This document shows, piece after piece, positions 55,201 to 64,000 of a stretch of DNA of 64,000 nucleotides (the first letter of the stretch is position 1; the number at the start of each line of letters is the position of its first letter). This DNA is from the human T2T-CHM13v2.0 reference genome, Homo sapiens. Both the position numbers and the translations under genes were made by a program. Below the pieces are notes generated by a model that saw nothing but the letters and a program-made list of their open reading frames with translations, was not told the origin of the DNA and ran no database searches. Where the stretch lies: contig CP068257.2 in NCBI GenBank assembly GCA_009914755.4, positions 26,688,001 through 26,752,000 of the forward strand, read 5' to 3'.

Positions 55201-56934
55201 CGTCACTTGGGGAAGATGCCTCATAACCCTAACAGAGGCCTGACTGAAGTGCGAACGCTGATCTAAACAAAGCAGTCAGGAACACGCTGGCTAGGATTCT
55301 CCTGACCTCTTCTTTTGTTGCCATAGTTACCTTTATCAATAAATGTCCAAAGATGTAACCGAGGCATTGTTGTCATAGTTCATTGGATGGCAACAAACTG
55401 TTATTGAATAAATTAGTGTCCCAATTAAGAGTCTTTCCTATTTTTCAGCACCTTTCCAATCTGTAACAGGTATTTCCTTTCAAAACACTGACAGAGTGAA
55501 ATAATGTGAACTTCGGTTAGAAATGAGAATTCTTGGTGTCAATTTAAAATCTTGACACCCAGGAGAATGAAAATTGTGATTTCTACTAATTATCCCATGA
55601 GGTTTTGCTAAAAAAGCATCTGTTTTCTAGCCCTGCACCTTGTATCCTAACCAAAATATAATTGTCCATGATTAAAGCACGGTTGTCTGCCTTCCTGAAT
55701 CTTGGGCATCGGAAGTCAGCTTTCTGCTGCTAAATCTCCTTTTGGGACAGCTCTCTAGAAGAACTCTGTAGAAAAGTTTGTGTTGCAGAGTTTTGCATGG
55801 AGTTAACTAGCAGACATTAAAAACACAGGATAAACTCTGTTGAGTCAGGCACTTTTGACTTTCTGATAATTTTTCAATCTTTCCCCTGAAAATCAGGAGA
55901 TCTGGAAGGTTTTCTTTCATATGGAAAATACTAAAGTGCTTAAAAGAAACAGAACACATTTGCATATGTAACACAATTCCTTATTTGAACCAGATTTATT
56001 TAATAATCACAATCTAATTTTAGATAGTTTCTGTTTTCCAGAAAATGCAAGCTAGAGATCATTAGAGCAATTAGTACAAGATAAACTTTAGAATATTGCA
56101 TTTGGCCAGACCAGATGTAAAATCATTAGGGAATAAACATAACCATGCTTCATAGAAGCCCACTATTCAGACATTAGATGAGTTTTAGATCCGATGACAT
56201 AATGACAGGCCTCATTTAAAAAGACTAATAACTTAGTGAAAACCATGTGTATTTCTACAACACTATTTGCATTTTACTAATTTAATCTCACGCATTCACT
56301 GAGGGTACTGACATTTTAGCCAGTGTGAGCATGAGAAGCAGGTGACTCATGTATGATCTAAATGCACCACATCAAGATGACTAGTTGAGTTGTATTCAGA
56401 AGGGCTGAAATAATGTGTTATTATCCAAAACACCATAGTTATATAAAAACAGGCAGCATAGCAGATACCTGAAAAAATGTTTTTTTTGGATGAATAAGGG
56501 AAAAATGTTAACATTTTACAGTTTATAAGTTGCCTTCATTCCCATTTCTTGAGTACCTGTCATTACTAGGCAATGAACTAGTTTTTGAGATGCCATGATA
56601 GATAAGATAGAGTATCTCTTTTTAGAAGCTAGCTTAATTCTAAACCCTGTAATCCAGGAATCATAAGTATTATTAAGCCATTTGTACAAGAGCTGAAAAG
56701 CAGTTAAATATGATCAAATGAATTGTCCAAGTCACAGAGTGCTAAGTGGGAACATTAGGACCAATATTCAGGCTTTGCAACTCAGTCCAGTGTGCTTTTT
56801 ACTATCTTTTTCTAACCATCTTCCAAATTACTGTTTCTTTTTATGACGTCAACTCCAGCTGACTTAATTGCAACCCTGGAAACAACTTTTCCAAGTGCTC
56901 TTTTCATACTCTTTGGTGATTCGTTCATCCATAT

Positions 56935-57010
56935 ATTTGTGTATATGTGTGTGTATGTATCTATGTGTGTTTGTGTGTGGGTGTGTGAGTGTGTGTGCTG
57001 TGTGTGGGTA
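56935..57010. repeat. Imperfect (TG)n/(TGTGTGTA)n-type repeat
   Basis: 'gtgtatatgtgtgtgtatgtatctatgtgtgtttgtgtgtgggtgtgtgagtgtgtgtgctgtgtgtggg'. The ORFs 56864-57098 are artefacts of it. Confidence 0.8.
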
Positions 57011-60000
57011 CATAGCTAAGAATCTGATTCTACATAATGCTAATACAATCATTTGGGAAGATAAAAAATCCTACCACCTGTGTGTTTGGTCCATTTGAGG
57101 AAAAATAATAAGACTGACTATATTTTGTACTAATTTGCAAATTATTTAGCAAATATTTCTTTTAAGTGTTCTAACTGCAATTTGGAGACACTATATCATA
57201 ACAATTAAGAGGATGATGTTTAAAACAAGAACAGACTTGGGGTGGAATCCTACTTATCTCTCCCACTAGTTACTTATTCTTTTTCATTTTTTTCTCCTGT
57301 AAAATGGAGATAATGAGAACAACCTCACAAAATTGTTATAAGAACTAGACGGGCTAACACACAGAGCCTGGTTTATAACCAGCACTCAATAAACAGTAGA
57401 TTTCATAATTAAAAAGGTGAGATGATCTTTGAATGTAATCACCCTAAAATCAGTACAGTGCTTTATAATCTGACTACATTTTTCTCCCAACTCACCTTAT
57501 TCACTATTTCTAGTGAAATATTTTTAGTTGTTTCAGAAGTTAAATCTGTCCAAATTATAAAAATGACAATATCATCAATGATCATATTTAAAAATAAGAC
57601 ACTGGAAGATCCAAATGCATTCAATGCCTCAGTTATTTACAGTTTGGTATATTGAGATACTGTGATGAATAATTTTTTTTAACACTACAGACACATTTAC
57701 TTTGCATCTCCCATTGCTTCTGGCAGAGCTATTAGTTGCTCAATAAACATATAGTAAACAAGATTATATAGGGTGGTTTATTTTAAGTGCATTGTGAACA
57801 TGTCAGATGGCATATTTTAAAAAGCAAACTATCCCCATGATCCAATTAGCACTAAACAATTAAGATTGACTTCCACCATAAAACTCAAATTTGTCCTTTT
57901 GTAATGCTGAGTACCATTCAAAATAAGTAGAAGAAGGTTATTATCATGTTCAAAATACGTATAAAAATAACTGCATGAAATTTTCAGTTTTGCAGTATGA
58001 ATAAATTCTGGAGATCTAATGTACAGCATGGTTACTATAGCTATTAATACTGTATTACCTATTTGAAATTTGCTAAGAGATTAGATCTTAAATGTTCTCA
58101 CCAAAAAAAAAATGTAACTATATAAGGTGATATATATGTTAGTAAGCTTGATTGTGGCGATCATTTCACAATGTATATAAACAAAATATTTCACCTTAAA
58201 TATATACAATTTTTATTTGTTAATTATCCCACAATAAAGCTGGGAGAAATTCTAACACAAACAAAAAAAAAAAATAACTGTACATTGATTGAGAGTTTAG
58301 ATCATTCTGGAAAATCAACACAGGTTTACAAACCCAGAGCAAAAGAGAAATTCAACACTAACAAAAAAGAAAGTTGATATTCCACAGGCAGGAATTCTTA
58401 CTTAAAATGTGAAATATAACTATTACTTTTTCAAGAGGATCAAGCCCACTTGCACTGAAGCTGTGATCCCACGCCACACAAAGAGGCATAGAAAGGACCA
58501 GCAAAAACCATGGAAGGTGGAAAATGATATTGGATTATTTTCTATTAAGTAACTTACATCATTGTCTATCTTGTAGATAGTCACAAACAATGAGATGTAA
58601 AATGAAGAAAAAAATTAACATTTTTATTTTGAGGGCATTGTCAAAGAATAAGATGCTATTCCCTGAAATTGAATGATTTTCTAACCTGACACTTACCATT
58701 CCAAGGCCAAGTGTTATTACTTCCTAGCTTTTCTGATGGAAGTTTTACCAACTTAATTCAAAGTTTCTGTGGACAGTGTTTAGTTAACATGAGTTATCCT
58801 TTTATTGATGATTTGACAATGTTGTTATGAATATCAACTTATGGTTTTTCTTTATATTAAATCAGCCCTTCTCCTCTTTTGTATTCAGCTCTTTCTTCTG
58901 GTTTTTCCTTATGGAAATTATTTCTTTGGAAACCCTTTTCTATTTTTACTTTTCTGTTTCTTATCTGCTATTGATCCAAAAAATAAAACTAAGACTCTTA
59001 TAATTGTGAGTTAGGTAAAAGTAGATATACATTAAAAGCATGTTTCAATAATTTTTTCATAAAATAAAACAAAGAGTTTAATCACTTGAGAAATTGTGCC
59101 ATTTTTTGAGATGTGGAAGACTAAAGAGAAGCAAATTTGGAGAGGAAAACAACTAATTATTATTTGTTACTGGATACTTTTGTCCATTCAATATCCAAGT
59201 GGAGAAACTGACTAGTATGTTGAGTAAATCAATCTTGGATTTCACCATTGAGATGTACGCTGGAGATGTAGTTGGGGGAGTTACCAGATATTGATTGTCT
59301 ATAAAGCAATGGGACTAGGTGAGATTATTAGGGAGTGATGGTAGATATGGAGAAAAAAAGTAGATCACTGAGGCTTGAACCACTCCAACATTGAGCAATC
59401 AGGAAGAGGAATGGAATTCACAAATGAAACTGAAAGAAGAACCCTTGAGATAGGAGAATAACCAAGGGGATGGGCTTTAAAAGCTAAGTGAAGGAAATGT
59501 TTCAAAAGAAGTGAGTGTTTGATCAACTGTGGAGTAAGATCAAGATTGAAAACTGACTATTGGATTTGACAACATGGAGGTCATCAGGCCTTACTCAGGA
59601 CAATTTGGGTAGAAGTTTGGAGAAAAAAAAACCAACCAAACTAATGTAGGCTTGAGAGAAAGGGAGAAAAAGAAACAGAGTTGGTGAGAAAATATAACCA
59701 CTGTCAAGACTTTTTTTCAAAAAAAATTAAAAGCTGAGAAATGTGCCCAATAACTGGACAGAAAAGTAGAACCAAGGAAGGACTTTTTTTAAAAACATGG
59801 AAGATTCCAGAATGTTTGTATATAGAAGAAAATGCCCAGAAGAGAGGAAATATTGATGATACAGGAAAAAGAAAATATCATTTTATATGAGGAGTGAAGA
59901 AATTAAGATGTCAAGGATGACGTCTAAGTTTCTGGCTTGTGTACCTTAATGAATAGTGAAAATCTTTACCAAATCAGAAAATAGTGGAAAATTACGTTTA

Positions 60001-60670
60001 TAAGAAAGATCATTAGTTCATTTTGTAACATATGTTAAGTTGCAGGAGTTGTGAGTTATCTAAAAGACACAAATAGGCAGTATGGCTCCTAGAAGATAAA
60101 TTAGATCTAAAGAAATAAACTTTAAGACAACTGGACATGATAATAATTTAAGCCAAGGGTGAAGGCAAGATCTCCAAGGTCCTCTTAATTTTTTGTGGTT
60201 AAAGGATCTCCTATATCCATGAACTTATCACCCTAATTTGTGAAATAAAGAAACCATATTTTAAGGACCTGTTTTATATGTTCTGTACAGGATATTACCA
60301 TGTGTGATGAATGTTTTAAATACTGTGAGTTTGTAAAGTTAATGTTATTTTATAGATGAAGAAACAGAAGTTTAGAGAAACTTTGCCCATGAAAAGTTCA
60401 AAATGGTAGAGATGGAGTTGAATCTAGGCTTATCACAACCCCAATGCCTGTTCTGTCTTTCAGCTACATGAGTTGGGATGTTTTATGATCCCCTCTGACC
60501 ATTATAGTTACTTCTTAATAGGTTTTCTGATTTTCTAGCACCTTATCTCCATTCCTAAGCTTTTTTGTGGATAAGAATCACTTCCAGAGTATTGCCCTCC
60601 CCAGACAAACCAATAGTGTACACAATCTGCACATTTAATAAGCATCCTCAAGTGATTCTGATGCAAGTAG

Positions 60671-60757
60671 GCTGTGAATCTACAATGTAAAAGGTTAACA
60701 ACGTAAACAATTTACATGCAACAATGTAAAAGGTTACAATGTAAAAGGATAACAATG
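60671..60757. repeat. Short tandem repeat, 4-5 units of ~15-16 bp ('acaatgtaaaaggtta')
   Basis: 'acaatgtaaaaggttaacaacgtaaacaatttacatgcaacaatgtaaaaggttacaatgtaaaaggataacaatgtaaaaggtttg'. Confidence 0.8.
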
Positions 60758-62796
60758 TAAAAGGTTTGCTCTACTATAGTCTATGTGTGGTGTCACATTA
60801 ATCCTCTAAAAGGAAAACTAACTCATGCTGCTTGCTTGATTAATAATTGATAAGTACTTAGAGTCTCCTATGACATGTCCTAGACCTACTTTTCAAGCCA
60901 GACTGTCTAAACCAATCTTACTATTTTTGTCTGTATTCCTAAATAATACCTTTTCCATCCACATAAATTTGAAGCTCCCCTTCCACACTCTTAGATGCCC
61001 TCTTCCAGATTCCTTACCTCCATGTTACTAAATAAAATCCTAACTATTTTTAAAGGCACAATTTTAAAAATCCATGTTTACTCTAGTTAGAAATAGGGTT
61101 TCTCATTTAACTAGTTGCATACACTAGATATTATCTTATCTTGAGTTATCATATCTTGAGTTACATTTTATGTGAGTATACATTTCTTATCACCCAACAG
61201 GGTACTACCTTCATGTTTCTTTGCATTTTCCACAGCAGTTTCCATAGCATAAGTATACATCAGAGATGGGCCATCGGTGTTTGCTAATTTAATAAATAAG
61301 GTCACCCATTAAGCCATATAAAGATCTTACTTCCACTAGGGAATTGAGGAGGCAAATTGAATATTGAAAAGGAGCTTTAAAAATGTCATCTACTTCACCA
61401 TAAGATTTCACACAGCACTCAACCGTATAGACACAAATGTATTGGGGAAAAATTGCCTGTCTTCTGTAAACTAAAATCAAAGTCATAACAAAATTTTCTT
61501 ACACATTTTCTCCCAAGCTTGATTATTGCAAGTAAACAATTAACTCAAGTAAAATTATTAGAGATGGTACTTTCCAAACCTTTCTTATTACAATCCCATT
61601 CAAGACCAAGGGGTATAAACTGAATCAGAAAAAGATGTAGGTGTACAATAAATTATTGTTAATCATACTCACCCTATTCTGCTACCAAATACTAGATGTT
61701 ATTCATTCTATTAATACAAACCTGTAGTTTTGTACCCATTAACCATCTTCACTTTATCACCCTTTCCCAGCTACCATTCCCAGGCTGTGGTAACCTTTAT
61801 TCTGTTCTCTATCTCCATGAGTCCAATTTATTTTTTAGCTCCAAGAAATGATAAATACTTAAGGTGATGGATACTCAAGTTACCCTGTTCTGATCACTAC
61901 ACATTGTATGTCTGTATCAAAACATCACTTGTACTCCATAAATATGTACAACTATTATGTACCCATAGCAATTAAAAATATATTTAAAAATTACAGGAAG
62001 AACAAACAGTACAGCAGTAGAACTATAATAGCCAGATGTATCAATGACAAACAATAAAACATCTGAAAACAAACAAAATAGAAATGTGGGCACAGTGAAG
62101 ACAAAAGCAATAACTGAAAGTAAGTGGTTACAATCAAAATAGAAACACACAGCTGGCAAATTAGTTTTGCAGAAGAGTTTAAGTTTTCCTATTTCCTTGG
62201 CAACTGAAGAAGGTTGTGATGTTAACTGCTTAGACATCTGCATCCTCAGAACCATCTCCTCCTTTAGAAACTAGAATAAATACCAAAGTAATACTACGGG
62301 CCAGAATATACTACTCCTTAACAAAACCAAATGAAAGTAATGAAATAAAGCTTTTAATATGTGAATTATCTTTGGTTTAATGCCTGAGAGGGATTAATTA
62401 TTTTTTGTTTTCTTTGTTTTCTTTAGAGAAAAGTGAACGTCCATGTAATGGCAGGAATTTCCTGAGGTTGCTACATTCTAAGTGTTTTGGACCCTCGAGC
62501 TAATCATTACAAACTATCCCTACACTCTTAGGAGATCTTTATTATTATTCTTTTTAGGTTAAAGTTGGCACTTGATTATAGACCCAGTTTGCTCATAGCC
62601 TGTAGAACATGGGCATGAATACCAAGAAACAGCCAAAGGCAAGCCAGATTTCAATCACAGAAGACTCTTATTTCCCACATTAGAATAAATTTAAACTGAC
62701 AAAGGACAAAAGTCAACGATATAAAGTCAAAACTAAAAATACAAAGGATTTGGTATACAATTCAACATTCTAGAAATGTCAGTTCTTTTTTCTAGG

Positions 62797-62798
<2 letters not shown>

Positions 62799-62835
<37 letters not shown>
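62799..62835. repeat. (TG)n microsatellite, ~18 units
   Basis: Uninterrupted 'gtgtgtgt...' run. Confidence 0.95.
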
Positions 62836-62838
<3 letters not shown>

Positions 62839-63164
62839 CTCTAGAAACAGATGGTTATGTCTTAGTAGTCACAGTACTCAGTCTGCCATCTTGCCAGTAT
62901 GTACCTGATCTGATTTAAAAGTTCAGGGACTTTTTTCCCCCAAATATCAAGCTTTGTTGTGATAATGTCAGAATTATTCATACTTGGTTAGGTACATAGG
63001 TACAGGTACAGGAAGCCACATATAAGAATCACCCAATTATTTACTGAATTTCATTTTTTGTTGTTATATGTGATATAAAACTTATGTGAAAGAAAAGATA
63101 GAGATTAATAGAATAAATTATCTTTAAGGGCATAATGCTATAGCTGTTTTTTAAAGAGCAGCTC

Positions 63165-63250
63165 AATCTCCTCTCCTCTCTTCTCCTTTTCTCCCTTTTC
63201 TCACCTTGCCTCGCTTCTCCCATGCTTCTCCTCTCCTTTCCTGTCCTCTC
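63165..63250. repeat. Polypyrimidine (CT-rich) low-complexity tract
   Basis: 'ctcctctcctctcttctccttttctcccttttctcaccttgcctcgcttctcccatgcttctcctctcctttcctgtcctctc'. Confidence 0.7.
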
Positions 63251-63659
63251 AGAAATGGAGAAATGGAGTTGAGTAGCTATGGGTAATTGCAAGTGGTTCA
63301 ATGAAATATAGGCCCTTGGAAGCTCAAAGTTAACAAACGGAAGTTAATAATGCTTGCAAAGTGTCTTGAGGTGAAAATGTATTTTCCTAGTCACAGATAT
63401 AAAAAGTAAATAACTAGTATGTGTTCATCTGTGAAATCTTTGGCATTTAAAATAAATCCTCATTCTCTAGGTGGGCAGCCTTGGAGGAGATGAAAAAGTT
63501 TTGGCAAATTAGACACTCAGATTTCTACTCATACGGTATCTCAACTTGGCTTCCTCTTTTGCTTACTCCTAAATAAATTCCACACAGAAGGCTGTTTTTA
63601 AAAAATCATAATAAATAATTCAGGAATTATATGTGCCAAATAATCGATTGAAATAATTG

Positions 63660-64000
63660 AGGTCAACAGGCATGTGGTTTGCACTCATTCCCTAAGGCTG
63701 CTGTGACAAATTACTATAAACTTGGTGGTTTAAAATGACAGAAATGTATTCAGTCACAGCTCTGGAGGCCAGAAGTCAAAATCAAGGCATCAGCAGGGCT
63801 GCATTCCCTCTGGAGACTCTACGGAAGGATGCTCCCTTGTCTTCCCCAGCTTCTTGATTCCTTGGCTTGTGGCCACAACCTCTTTGCTCCATCTTCAAAT
63901 TGCCTTTCTTGTGTGCCTCTCTACTCCTCAATGGGCTACTTGGGAGGCCACTTGTTATTGGGTTTAGGACAAACTGAGATAAGTCAAGAGGTTCTCCTCA
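63660..64000 (-). mobile_element. MaLR LTR (MLT1/MST-type), minus orientation, running off the window end
   Basis: 'ctaaggctgctgtgacaaattactataaacttggtggtttaaaatgacagaaatgtattcagtcacagctctggaggccagaagtcaaaatcaaggcatcagcagggctgcattccctctggagactctacggaaggatgctcccttgtcttccccagcttcttgattccttggcttgtggccacaacctctttgctccatcttcaaattgcctttcttgtgtgcctctctactcc' is the reverse complement of the MLT1/MST LTR 3' half ('...gctgctgtaacaaattaccacaaacttggtggcttaaaacaacagaaatttattctctcacagttctggaggccagaagtctgaaatcaaggtgtcagcagggccatgctccctctgaaggctct...'). Confidence 0.55.

Overview
This window is not prokaryotic. It is primate (most likely human) nuclear DNA from an AT-rich, CpG-depleted, gene-poor region, and the Alu, THE1/MaLR and L1PA-type sequences make that diagnosis secure. 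I cannot support any protein-coding gene, rRNA/tRNA, CRISPR array, operon or other discrete system. About half or more of the window is recognisable transposable-element sequence. There are about 11 Alu SINEs in both orientations, most with A-tails and readable target-site duplications (TSDs). A ~16.5-kb block (34.3-50.8 kb) is built from three L1 LINEs lying head-to-tail on the minus strand, with Alus, a MaLR LTR and simple repeats nested inside. Two short L1 insertions at ~28.2 kb and ~30.2 kb carry 5' inversions (twin-priming architecture) and intact TSDs. MaLR LTRs occur as a nested THE1-type pair at 17.8-18.5 kb and as MST/MLT1-type copies at 6.6, 36.7 and 63.7 kb. An ERV-type LTR lies at 3.4-4.6 kb. 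A ~400-bp solo LTR has inserted into an Alu at 51.6-52.0 kb. There are also MIR fragments and many micro/minisatellites, including a ~280-bp polypyrimidine tract. Every six-frame ORF above 60 aa is explained by repeats (L1 ORF2 remnants, Alu, low complexity) or has no support. Two short open segments flanked by splice-site-like motifs (1991-2133 and 55018-55266) are flagged only as unverified candidate exons. No novel system is evident. The interesting content is the structure of the nested and inverted retroelement insertions. Coordinates are hand-derived and approximate (about +/-10 bp). Repeat family names are from memory of consensus sequences, not from a database search.
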